This document shows, in pieces, positions 19,186-29,880 of a DNA stretch of 64,000 bases. Made by a program: the position numbers and the translations under genes. The notes below the pieces were generated by a model that was not told where the DNA came from, did not search any database, and was given only the letters and a program-made list of their open reading frames with translations. Numbering within the stretch: position 1 is the stretch's first letter; every line of letters begins with the position of its first letter. Source of the DNA: Acidobacteriota bacterium (GTDB lineage: Bacteria; Acidobacteriota; UBA890; WLXD01); contig CAXWPL010000005.1 in NCBI GenBank assembly GCA_963666215.2, forward strand, positions 960,001 to 1,024,000, given 5' to 3'.

Positions 19186-22100
19186 TCAGCCGGCGGTGGC
19201 GTCGCCGGGCTGAGCCGCACCGACGTCGCCGGAGGCACCCCCATGCAGGGCCCGGGCCCACACCAGTCCTACGCCCAGCAGCAACAGTGCCCCGATCGCG
19301 TAGCCGGCAGTCGCTCCGGGAAATGCCGAAACAGCCGCGAGCCGCGCTGCATCGAGCACCGCGAGCGTGGCGGCGACAACAGGGACCACCGCCAGGTCAC
19401 GGCGCACGACAACGAGCCAGGCGCTCGTCAGAAGCGCGGCCAGCACGAGCCCGCCGATCAAACGGCCTACGATCGACCCGGGCGCGGCGAGGCCAAAGAT
19501 GACGCCCGCGGCCACCAGCACGGCGATGCCGAGGCCGCGACCTGTATCCCAGCGCTTCGTCAGCAGATCAACCGCGCCAGCGAGCAGCAAGAGTATCGTG
19601 GCGGGTAGCATCAGGCCATTGACGCTGGCGGTAGCGGCACCCAGCGTCGACGACAACCAGGCGGCCACGGCAAAGCTCTCCCAGGCTGGCGGGCCCGCCT
19701 CACCCAAAACAGCGAGTGCGGCCCGAGCTCCGGCGGCAGCCAACCCCACTGCAACCCCACTCAACAGCAGCTGAGGCAGCGGCAAGCGAGCGTCGACGGC
19801 ACCCCTCCGGTGATGCACCCATCCCACGATCAAGCCGACGATCGCCGCCAAGAACAGGAAGCCAACCGAGGTAGCCGCCACGGTGATGCCGAGCTGCGTC
19901 GAAAGCGGCAGTGCTGTGGGTAGGTTGGCGAGAGTGGCCGGCCAGCCGAGCACGAAGGTCGCCGTCTGCAACAGCAGCGTGACGCCGAATGCGGCGACGG
20001 CGGCGCGTTTCTCGATCCGGCCTCGACTCCAGCAGATGGCGCCATACACACCGCCTGCGAGGAAAGCGATGACGATCAGAACGACGGCGCCAATACCGAT
20101 CACGGTCTGTACGAACTGACGCTGGCGATCGTCACGCTCCCACTCCTCCGGGACGTGAACGAAGCGGAGGAGATCGGCGATCTCGTCGCCGGCGACCACG
20201 ACTGCTACACGCGCGGCTCCCGACTCGAGGCTGGTCGACGGATCCTCGTAGGTGAAGGTCCAGTCGCGACGCTCCGGCCTCTGGTTCGATTCGGCCGAGA
20301 TCTCGCGAAGGCCGTCGATGCGACCCTGCTGTAGCGCGGCCGTCGCCAGCCGGCGAGCGGCCTCGTCGTCGAGCTGTTCGCCTGCCGCCGCTTCCGGCAG
20401 TCGGTGTGCGTATCGCAGCACCTCACCCGTCGGCGAAATGCGCACCAGGTGCTCCTCGGCGCGCTCGGCCACGTCGCCCTCGAAGCGGGCGGCGCGCACT
20501 TCCCAGTGCGGGGTGCCGAGATACGTGCCCAGGAGCTCGCTGTACGTCTCTTCGCCGCTCTCCTGCCAAACGAACTCGTGCGCCGGGCTGCGTCCCTCTG
20601 CCGCGTGCAGCATCAGCCGCCAGGGAGACGGCAACTCAGCGCCGCGGGCTCGCAGCGCGTCGCTGGCAATGCGCTGCACATCGCCACTCGAGACGGCCCA
20701 GGGGGCGGTGCTGGCGGTGAACGAAGAGAACAACGCCCATGCGATCAGGCCCACCGCTCCGGCAGTGAGCACACCGCTCATGGACCCGGTGGCAAGAGCG
20801 GGCTCGCGGACCTCGCGCCTTCCCGGATCAGCGCTCGTTGCGACACTCGGCTCGACGAATTGCCAGGCGGCATTTCGATGCTCGGCGGCAATCTCACCCC
20901 AGCGACCCACACGGGCTCGCGCCACCAGCACCACGAACAACGGCACCAGGGTAAACAGCACCAGCAGAACGCGATCAACCCAGATGCCGGGCGCTGTCGC
21001 CGAGAACAACGGCAGCGAGAACAGCACCACGTCGAAGGCGAAATGCGCCACGATCACGGGCATGAGACCCCAGAACAGGTAAATCAGGCCGAAGCCGACC
21101 GACGGCAGGATGAGCTCGACGACGCGTGCGTATGAGGGCTCGTTCGGATAGTTGGCGTGGCCGGCACCGAAGACCAGCGCCTGAACCACGAAGCCGATCA
21201 CCAGCCACAGCTTCACGTTGCCGCCAAATCGCCGCGCCAGCAGCACGGTTCCGGCCAGAGGCACCGCGCGGAATAAACACTCTTCCCAGAACCCCGCCTG
21301 GAGTGAAATCGCGACCGCCGTGAACCACGGGAAGATGCTCGCCAGAAAGTCGGGATTGACGAGCGCCGAGGAAGGCGACCACCACCCCAGGCTGTTGTGC
21401 GCGTACATGTACATCGCCACCTGATAGGCGATGAACACCAAGACGAACAGATAACCGCCGATCGTCCCACCGGCAACCGTGGGAGTGGCGGCCACGTCGC
21501 GCGACCAGATCTTCCAAAGCTGCACGTGCTGGCCAAAGGCGGCGCGAGTCAATCCCTCCGCCGCCATGAAGCTGACGGCGAAGAGAGCGGTAAACCCGAC
21601 AACGGTCAGCAGCGCCACACCGACCCGTTCAAACAAGAAGGTCGCTTCCGACACCGCGGTGTTGTAGTCCATCCAGGCGAGCGGCAGCCGGTTGAACACC
21701 AGCAAACCCTGCAGGCCGGCGATGAAGCCCGCCCACTTCAATGCCGGCTTCCACTGCACCGACTTTCGACGTGCGAGGTAGATCAGCCCTATCGGGCAGC
21801 CGAAGAGGATGTAGCCGACGAACAGCGCGAACGTCGATATCGCGGCGATGATTTTGTCGGCCCGCATGTTGTCAAAGCGGCGCCGGAAGGCCTCCGGGAC
21901 CTCGAGATAGTGAACGAGCTCGGTCAACCGATCGCCGCTCACCACCAGGCGCATGCGTAGCGTCGCCGCGCCCAGCCGCTCGCCAACGCGCTCGTAGGTG
22001 AAGGTGTGGTCGACACGCCCCGACGGCCGTGCCGACTGTGACGTCTCAACACGCTCGAAGGCGTCGAGCGTGACGTCCCAATCGGCGACCGCGACCCTCT

Positions 22101-22330
22101 CTGCCACCAGCAACGCCTCGTCGGACTCGAGCGCCGCGCCGGCCTCGTCCTCGGGCACGCGCTCGCGGAAGGCGTAGGCGCGACCGCCCGGTGACAGGTA
22201 GATGCTCATCTCGCGGGTCTGCAGCTCGGCGAAGTGGAGCACCTGCCAGCGGTACGGATACACCAGGCCCGACGTCATCAACTCGCGGAAGCGCTCCTTG
22301 CCACCTCCTTCGAGCTCGACGCCACAGCCC
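19186..22330 (-). CDS. Large CPBP (Abi/CAAX type II) intramembrane metalloprotease with a duplicated extracytoplasmic domain; N-terminus apparently truncated
   Basis: WEECLFR, FGAGH and AHFAFD motifs; many TM helices. Recognisable sequence begins at VELEGGGK (~22325); the ORF extension to 22572 overlaps the next gene. Confidence 0.78.
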
Positions 22331-22494
22331 GTTCTGAGACACGAGCACAGTGACTCGATTCGAGATCGTGCCGCGCGGTGCCAGGCCGCGCCCCAGAAAC
22401 TCCCTTGAGGGGCCCGACGCCACGGTGCTACGGTCGATACAAGTCGTTGACCGGCGGCAGATTGTGGGTCCCCTCGCACGATCGGAGAAAGCTG

Positions 22495-23728
22495 ATGAAA
22501 AGCTTCGCCGCTCTGCTTGTAGCTGGTCTCACTGTCACCGGCTCCGTCCGTGCTGCGGCACAGCAACAGCAACAGCAGCCGCGGCCGCCGACGTTCCGCT
22601 CAGATGTCAATCGCGTGCGTCTCGACGTGATCGCCACCAACGAAGACGGACTGTTTGTTGCGGATCTTCAGGTTGGCGATTTCGAGCTGTTCGAGGACGG
22701 ACTGCGACAGGGGATTCTGAGCCTGACGCTGGTCGACCTCACCACCGGCAGCCTTCAGACCGAGTCGACGAGCACCGGGACCGGCCTTCCGTTCGGCATC
22801 GTCGGCAAGGAATCGGCCGTGCCGCCGACCAGCGCAAACGAACGGCCCGATGCCGGCGACTTCGGCGCCATGATCTTCCTGATCGATTCTTCTCTCGACC
22901 GGCGGCAGCGGCAACGCTTTGCCGACGGCTGGAACGATCTGCTCGACAGCACGGATTCGTTCCTGTTCCCACGCGCCGCCTACCTGATGGACGACTTCGG
23001 CAACATACGCCAGCTCTCGCCGCTCACGCGCGACGTGGACGCGCTGCGAACGGTGGCGCAGAAGGTGCGTGAGTTCAGCCAGTTCGAGAACTCCGAGTTC
23101 GCCAACAACTACGCGATCTCCGAGCACTTCTCGCCGCTCAACCCGCGGCGCGACCGCCAGAAGCACGAGGTGCTCGAGCGCTTCGCAGAGCGACTTGGCG
23201 ACCGACCCGGCCGCAAGGCCCTGGTGTTGGTCTCAACGGGGCTGAGTGTGCTCAGCGGCAACAACCCGATCGTCTCCACCGACGCGATCACTCGTGACTC
23301 GCAGCTCAGCGCAGATCGAACACTCAACACCGCGCGGGTCAGCGTCTACGGGCTCGACCCATCTATCGTTTCGACGCGACGCGGCATCAGCGCCAGCACT
23401 CGCCGAAGTCCTGCCGACAGGCTGATTGCCGATCCGCTCGAGCGCTACCGGGCGCGATCGGAGGCCATGCGTGGCGGCCTGGCCGACCACCGCGACAGCC
23501 ACCGGTGGCCTGGCGTACAGCTACTCCGGCGGCGCGATCGTGGAGCGTCTACGTGACATCGAGCAGGACAACGCGCGCTTCTACCTGGTTACGTACGAGC
23601 CTCGCGAATCGGCGGACACCTCTTACCGACAGATCGACATCCGAGTGCGACGTCCTGGCGTCAAGCTCCGCGCCCGCGCTGGCTACCTCCCGACGGTGAC
23701 GTCGACGGCAGCGGCTGAGCGTAACTAG
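22495..23728 (+). CDS. VWA-domain protein (Acidobacterial VWFA-related), frameshift near 23480
   Basis: Signal peptide, polyQ, PTFRSDVNRVRLDV, FELFEDG, PGRKALVLVSTG; continues in another frame as ATGG...FYLVTYEP...IDIRVRRPGVKLRARAGY. Confidence 0.8.
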
Positions 23729-25404
23729 GCACCGGAATCGGACCCGTCGGATTGCACAGACTCGTCCGATTGGGCGGAGTCTGGGCCGACCGTCGGGTAC
23801 GCGATTCCGAGCTGTTCCAGATAGGTGTCGTAGCGCGACGGGTCGTAGCGCAGCTTGTCGATCAGCGGGCGGAAGCGCTCCATCTTCTCGGCGTTGAGAT
23901 GGATCGGCGGCTCCGTACCCATGGGAATCAACGACACCCACTGGCGGTCCTTGGTGGTGACCTCGCGGTGATAGCGCCACGCCTCTTCGACCTTGGCCGG
24001 ATCGGCGATCAGGTCGATTGCGGTCATGGCGACGACGCGAGAGCCGTGGTTGGCGCCTTTGTGAGCGATCGGTGTGGCCATGGCGATCGACGAGGACCAG
24101 TGATGTCCCGTCGTGCCTCGAACGTTGGCCGGGTAACGCACCCGAACGGTGGGGATGTTCCACGACACCTCGGCAATGTCGTCGCTGCCACCGCCCATGC
24201 CCTGGTCCGACTCGTTCAGCTCCTCGGCAACCTCTGTAACGAGGCCTTCTTCCTCGCGCTCCATCAGACGCTGGATGGCTTTGGCCATCTCCTGATCGGC
24301 GTCGCTCCACTCGGGCATGCCAACAGCCTGGATGTTGGCGAACATGAGCTCGGCAAGTGGCTTGCTCATGTTCGACGGCCACGCCGCGCCGAACACGCGT
24401 TCGGTGACGGTGGTGCCCGTCATCATGGCCGCCGCCTCAGCCATGGTCTGGCCGAGCTCGTGGAGCTCCTTGATGCGGTCGTAATCGAGCTCGCGGTAGT
24501 AGTACCAAACCGATGCCTCAGAAGGCACGACGTTGGGCTGGTTGCCGCCGTTGGAGATGATGTAGTGGGAGCGTTGCTGCAGCCGCAGGTGCTCTCGGCG
24601 AGCATTCCAGCCCGCATTCATCAGCTCCACGGCGTCGAGCGCGCTGCGCCCGGCCCAGGGCGAGCTCGCCCCGTGCGCCGATCGTCCATGGAAGGTGAAC
24701 TGCGTGGACACCAGGCCGGAGCCGGAAATGCCCCAAGCCGTGCTCAGCCGCGAGGAGACGTGAGTCGAGAGCATCACGTCCATCTCGGAGAACATGTCGG
24801 CGTTGACCATGTAGGTGCGACTCGAGACGAGCTCCTCGGCAACGCCGGGGATGATCTTGATGGTCCCCTTGAGCCCGTGCCGCTCCATCACGCGCTTGGT
24901 TGCGATGGCGGCGACGATGTCGACGGCTGGGGCGCTGTTGTGCCCTTCCCCGTGCCCCGGCCCGCCCGGAATCAGCGGATCCCGATAGGCGACGCCAGGC
25001 TTTTGTGACGTTTCGGGCAAGCCGTCGATGTCGCCCATGATGCCGATGACCGGCCGGCCGGCTCCCCAGCTCGCGATGTAGCAGGTGGGCATGCCGGCGC
25101 AGCCAACGTCAACGCGAAAGCCCTCCGGCTCGAGAATCCCCTTGATGTACTCCACCGTCTGGTGTTCCTGGAAGCCGAGCTCCGAGAAGGAGAACACCGA
25201 GTCGACCATCTCCTGCGACAGCTTCCGCATGGAGACGACCTCGGCCAGCACCTCAGACTTGAGTGCCTCGGCCGTCGCCTGACCCGCCGGAGCGGCGCTT
25301 GCCACCGATTGCCAGCCCGGTGACGCGATTGCCATGACGAGCAGGAGACAGAGCAGGCAAAGTTGCAGCGGCAGGCTGCGTCCGGGGCGATCCGAGGCTT
25401 TCAT
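23725..25404 (-). CDS. M20 amidohydrolase, AbgB-like, exported
   Basis: ELGFQE, DIDGLP, GHGEGHN, AEE, GRSAHG, ALDAVELM and GSDD motifs; signal peptide. Confidence 0.88.
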   Translation of the reverse strand: MKASDRPGRSLPLQLCLLCLLLVMAIASPGWQSVASAAPAGQATAEALKSEVLAEVVSMRKLSQEMVDSVFSFSELGFQEHQTVEYIKGILEPEGFRVDVGCAGMPTCYIASWGAGRPVIGIMGDIDGLPETSQKPGVAYRDPLIPGGPGHGEGHNSAPAVDIVAAIATKRVMERHGLKGTIKIIPGVAEELVSSRTYMVNADMFSEMDVMLSTHVSSRLSTAWGISGSGLVSTQFTFHGRSAHGASSPWAGRSALDAVELMNAGWNARREHLRLQQRSHYIISNGGNQPNVVPSEASVWYYYRELDYDRIKELHELGQTMAEAAAMMTGTTVTERVFGAAWPSNMSKPLAELMFANIQAVGMPEWSDADQEMAKAIQRLMEREEEGLVTEVAEELNESDQGMGGGSDDIAEVSWNIPTVRVRYPANVRGTTGHHWSSSIAMATPIAHKGANHGSRVVAMTAIDLIADPAKVEEAWRYHREVTTKDRQWVSLIPMGTEPPIHLNAEKMERFRPLIDKLRYDPSRYDTYLEQLGIAYPTVGPDSAQSDESVQSDGSDSGA

Positions 25405-25632
25405 GGGCGACTCCGTGGCTTGTCAATCGTGGCAGCACGACGACGCCTTGGTGGCGCCGGCGGCAATGAGGTTGAGCGCTCTGCGCCCGCCATTGTGGCG
25501 CGAGCCGGCACTGTATCAAGAGCCCACATGGACACCCCCGGGTCGCGCGGCTAGTCTAAGGCTCGTTTTAATCTGTGGCCTCGCTCCCAACGCAGCCCTT
25601 CGTCGCGCCCAGACACAACTCGGAGTACCCCT

Positions 25633-28527
25633 ATGCCTACCGGAAACCGGGGCCGCAAGCCACTCATCGCAACGGGACTGGCGCTGTTGCTCACACTGTC
25701 GCCGCTCGCGGCGATACGCCCGAGCTTTGCGCAGTCGCCTGAAGCGCCTCCCTATTACGCCATTACCGACGTTCGCATCGTGACCGGCACAGGCAACACG
25801 ATCGACGACGGCACCATCGTCGTGCGCGACGGGCTGATCGAGGCCGTTGGTGCCAACACCGACATCCCGGCCGGCGTCTGGACGCTCGACGGCAGCGGCC
25901 TGACCGCGTATCCGGGCCTGATCGACGCGATGACGACGATCGCCCTCCCTGAAGGGCTGCGCAACGCACGTGGTGGTGCCGGTCGCGGCTTTGGTGGCCC
26001 TCCGGGCGGCTTCCCCGGGGGAGGCAGTCTGACGCAAGAAACCGATCCCGACTACTCCACGGGTCCGCTCGATCGGCCCGCGACCTTCACGTGGGTACGC
26101 GCCGCGGACGAGATCGAGACCGCCGACGGGCGCATCGAGTCCTGGCGCTCGGCAGGCTTCACCTCGGCGCTGAGCGCGCCCGAGCGCGGCCTGCTTCCGG
26201 GCCAGGCGGCACTGATCAATCTGGCCGGTTCCAAGCCCAGTGAGATGGTTGTGCGCGCAAATATCGCCCAGCGCGTTAACTTCCAGGCCGGGCGCGAGTT
26301 CCGTGGCTACCCCGGCTCGCTGATGGGAGGCATCGCGTACGTCAAGCAGCTGTTCTTCGATGCCGCCCACTACGATCGCTACTGGACGATCTACGATCGC
26401 GACCCGAATGGCGTCGAGCGACCGCCGTATGACCGTTCGCTCGAGCCGCTGCGAAAGACGCTCAACGCGTGCGAGCTCGTGATGCTGCCCGCCGATTGGG
26501 CACGCGAAATTCTGCGCGTGCTGCGCATCGCGCGCGAGATCGGCGTCAACCCGGTGCTGTACGGCGGCCATCAGGCCTACGAAGTGGCCCCACAGCTCGC
26601 CGCCACCGACGTACCGATCCTGGTGAACGTCGACTGGCCTGTGCGCGATCCCGACGGAGACCCCGAAGAGCAGACGTCGCTGCAAACGCTGCGTCTGCGT
26701 GACCGCGCTCCAACGGCACCCGCTACTCTGCATGAAGCCGGCGTTCGTTTCGCGTTCTATTCTGGCGACATCAGCCGACCGTCCGAGATCATGCGCAACG
26801 TCCGCCTCGCGATCCGTGCCGGGCTGCCGGCCGCCGCGGCGCTGCACGCCCTGACGCTCGGCGCCGCCGAGATCTTCGGCGTGGACGATCGTCTCGGCTC
26901 GATCGAGCCGGGGAAGATCGCCAACCTCATCCTCGCCGAGGGCGATATCTTCACGCCCGACGGGAAGATACGTCAGGTCATCGTCGACGGACATCGCTTC
27001 GAGATCGAAGAAAGCGACGCGGGTGACGCAACACGGGGCACAGTTGCCGGACGACCAAGCGGGGCGACCGGAGCACGTGGACCCGGTCGCGGCTTTGATG
27101 GCCCGGGTGGCCCGGGTGGCCCGGGTGGCCCGGGAGGTCGCGGCTCGGGCGACGACGCCGAGGAGACGACGCCCTACGAGCCGGTACCGATGGTCAGCGA
27201 CAGAGGCCCGGTGCGTAGCAGCGCCACGACGCTGATTCGTGGCGGCACCGTGATGACGGTCGCCAACGGCATTATCGAGAACGGCTCGGTGCTTGTCCGC
27301 GATGGCAAAATCGCGGCGGTTGGCCAAAACATCAACGCGCCGGCCGACGCCGCGGTGATCGATGCGAGCGGCAAGTTCGTCATCCCCGGCATCATCGATG
27401 CCCACTCGCACATCGCCACCGAGGCGGTGAATGAAGGCAGCGTTTCGGTATCGGCGATGGTCGGCATCGAAGACGTGATCCACCCCGACCAGATCTCTAT
27501 CTACCGCGCTCTCGCGGGCGGCGTGACAACCGTCAACGTGCTGCACGGATCGGCCAACCCCATCGGCGGCAAGAACGCGGTGCTGAAGCTGCGCTGGGGC
27601 GCCGACGCCGAGGGCATGCGCTTCGAGGGCGCCCCGCCTGGCATCAAGTTCGCCCTTGGCGAGAACACCAAGCGCGAGCGCTCACCGGGCCGCTACCCGA
27701 ATTCACGCATGGGCGTGATCGACGTCATTCGCCAAACCTTCATCCGCGCGCAGGAGTACCGCGAGGAGGGACGGAGGTACGAGCAGGCGCTCTCCGACGG
27801 CGACGACAACGCCATCCCGCCGCGCCGCGACCTGGTGCTCGACGCCATGGTCGAGATCATGGAGGGCCGTCGACTGGTGCACGCGCACTCCTATCGCGCC
27901 GACGAGATCCTGCAGTTGCTGCGCACCGCCGAGGAGTTCGGCTTCCGCATCCAGACCCTGCAGCACGTGCTCGAGGGCTACAAGATCGCCGACGAGATCG
28001 CCAAGCACGGCGCCGGCGCCTCGACCTTCTCGGACTGGTGGGCCTACAAAGTCGAGGCCTACGATGCCATCCCGCACAACGCGGCACTCATGACCGAACG
28101 CGGCGTCACCGTGTCGATCAACTCGGACAGCGGTGAAGAGATGCGACATCTCAACCAGGAGGCCGCCAAGACGGTGCGCTGGGGTAACGCCTCCGAAGAA
28201 GACGCACTCAAGATGGTGACTCTCAACCCGGCAACGCAGCTCGGCATCGCCGACCGCGTGGGCTCGATTGAAGAGGGCAAGGACGCCGACCTGGTTATCT
28301 ACGATCAGCACCCACTGTCGGTGTATGCGGTGGTGCAGCTGACGATGATCGACGGCGACGTGTACTTCGATCGAGAGCACGACCGTCAGCTGCGCGATCA
28401 GATTGCCGAGGAGATGCGAGTGCTAACCGAAAAGCACGGCCCTCGCCCAGAAGATGGGCGCGAGCCTGCGGCGCCGACCGATCCGGGCACCCAAGAAGAC
28501 GCTGGCAACGCAGGAGTAAACCGATGA
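25633..28527 (+). CDS. Amidohydrolase-family protein with two tandem amidohydrolase domains
   Basis: PGLIDAMT...GSIEPGKIANL, then PGIIDAHSH, KFALGEN, HAHSYRADE, QHVLE, SINSD and GSIEEGKDADL. Confidence 0.9.
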   Translation: MPTGNRGRKPLIATGLALLLTLSPLAAIRPSFAQSPEAPPYYAITDVRIVTGTGNTIDDGTIVVRDGLIEAVGANTDIPAGVWTLDGSGLTAYPGLIDAMTTIALPEGLRNARGGAGRGFGGPPGGFPGGGSLTQETDPDYSTGPLDRPATFTWVRAADEIETADGRIESWRSAGFTSALSAPERGLLPGQAALINLAGSKPSEMVVRANIAQRVNFQAGREFRGYPGSLMGGIAYVKQLFFDAAHYDRYWTIYDRDPNGVERPPYDRSLEPLRKTLNACELVMLPADWAREILRVLRIAREIGVNPVLYGGHQAYEVAPQLAATDVPILVNVDWPVRDPDGDPEEQTSLQTLRLRDRAPTAPATLHEAGVRFAFYSGDISRPSEIMRNVRLAIRAGLPAAAALHALTLGAAEIFGVDDRLGSIEPGKIANLILAEGDIFTPDGKIRQVIVDGHRFEIEESDAGDATRGTVAGRPSGATGARGPGRGFDGPGGPGGPGGPGGRGSGDDAEETTPYEPVPMVSDRGPVRSSATTLIRGGTVMTVANGIIENGSVLVRDGKIAAVGQNINAPADAAVIDASGKFVIPGIIDAHSHIATEAVNEGSVSVSAMVGIEDVIHPDQISIYRALAGGVTTVNVLHGSANPIGGKNAVLKLRWGADAEGMRFEGAPPGIKFALGENTKRERSPGRYPNSRMGVIDVIRQTFIRAQEYREEGRRYEQALSDGDDNAIPPRRDLVLDAMVEIMEGRRLVHAHSYRADEILQLLRTAEEFGFRIQTLQHVLEGYKIADEIAKHGAGASTFSDWWAYKVEAYDAIPHNAALMTERGVTVSINSDSGEEMRHLNQEAAKTVRWGNASEEDALKMVTLNPATQLGIADRVGSIEEGKDADLVIYDQHPLSVYAVVQLTMIDGDVYFDREHDRQLRDQIAEEMRVLTEKHGPRPEDGREPAAPTDPGTQEDAGNAGVNR
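27100..27135. repeat. (GGCCCGGGT)4 tandem repeat encoding a GPG inter-domain linker
   Basis: Read directly from the sequence. Confidence 0.9.
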
Positions 28528-29843
28528 AGACGCGACGCTGGATCGCCAGCTCCCTTTCCATTGCCGCCTTGCTCTTGCCGGCGCAGGGTCTTTCTCAGGA
28601 GCCTGGCGGCACCTTGGCCATCAAGGCCGGCCGGGTGCACACCTGGGATAGCGACCTCGGCATCGAGAACGGCGTCGTGGTCATCGACAACGGCATCATC
28701 GTTGCCGTGGGCGGGCCCGACACCCCGATCCCGGCGGGCGTGGAGATCATCGATGCCGGCGATGCCGGCCTCTTCCCCGGCCTCTTCGACGCAGTCTCGC
28801 GGCTCGGAATTACCGAGATCGGTGCCGTCGACGTCACCAACGACTCACGGGAGATGGGCGACAACAACGCTCATCTGCAAGCCGCCACCGCCGTTCACCC
28901 GGCGAGTGAGATCCTGCCGGTAACGCGTGCCGAGGGCATCACACACGCCGTCGCAGCACCAACCGGTAGCGGCATCGCTGGTCAGGGATCGCTGATCCAC
29001 ATGGCCGGCTGGACCATCGAGGAGATGTCGATCAAACGCGGCGCCTACATGGCCGTGCAGTGGCCACGGCTGAGGGGACGCCGCTTCGGCTTCGGTTTCG
29101 GCGGCGCGGCCTCGGCCGGCGAATTCAGCGAGCGCAAGGAGCGCTACGACGAGCAGATCCAGATGTACGAGAATCTTCTCGAAGACGCGCGCCGTTACCA
29201 GCAGGCCGCCGAAGCCAACACGGTCGTCAGTCGCGAGATGAAGTTCGAAGCCCTCGCCAAGGTAGCCAGCGGCGAGATGCCGATGGTGATCAGCGCCAAC
29301 GACACACGATCGATTACGGACGCGGTCGAGTTCGGCGAGCGCAACAACGTGCGGGTGATCATCGCCGGCGGCAGCGAGGCGTGGAAGGTGCGCGAGATGC
29401 TCGCCGCCAAGAACATCCCGGTCATCCTGTCGGCGACGCAGGCCCTGCCCGCCGCCGAGAACGACCCCTACGACTCGATTTATGCGCAGCCCGGCATGCT
29501 GCACGAGGCCGGCGTCAAGTTCGCAATATCCACCTTCAACGCCTCGGCGTCGCGCACGCTGCCTTTCGAGGCCGCGACCGCCGTGCCCTACGGACTGCCC
29601 TACCGCGAGGCCCTCAAGGCGATCACGCTGTATCCGGCGCAAATCCTCGGCGTGGACGATCGCCTGGGATCGATCGAGGTTGGCAAGCTCGCCAACCTGA
29701 TTGTTGTCGAAGGGGATCCGCTCGACATCCGGTCGAGCGTCACCCATCTGATCATCAACGGCCAGGTTGTCAGCACCGACAACAAGCACCGACAGCTCTA
29801 CGAGCGCTACCGCGCCCGTCCGCAGCGAGGCCCGACGCAGTAG
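28524..29843 (+). CDS. Amidohydrolase-family protein lacking the HxH motif
   Basis: ATGA overlap with the upstream gene; signal peptide; PGLFDAVS, AITLYPAQILG and GSIEVGKLANL motifs. Confidence 0.88.
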   Translation: MKTRRWIASSLSIAALLLPAQGLSQEPGGTLAIKAGRVHTWDSDLGIENGVVVIDNGIIVAVGGPDTPIPAGVEIIDAGDAGLFPGLFDAVSRLGITEIGAVDVTNDSREMGDNNAHLQAATAVHPASEILPVTRAEGITHAVAAPTGSGIAGQGSLIHMAGWTIEEMSIKRGAYMAVQWPRLRGRRFGFGFGGAASAGEFSERKERYDEQIQMYENLLEDARRYQQAAEANTVVSREMKFEALAKVASGEMPMVISANDTRSITDAVEFGERNNVRVIIAGGSEAWKVREMLAAKNIPVILSATQALPAAENDPYDSIYAQPGMLHEAGVKFAISTFNASASRTLPFEAATAVPYGLPYREALKAITLYPAQILGVDDRLGSIEVGKLANLIVVEGDPLDIRSSVTHLIINGQVVSTDNKHRQLYERYRARPQRGPTQ

Positions 29844-29880
29844 GCCCGTGCTAGCGAAGACCCTTCACGAGGGGGGGCAC

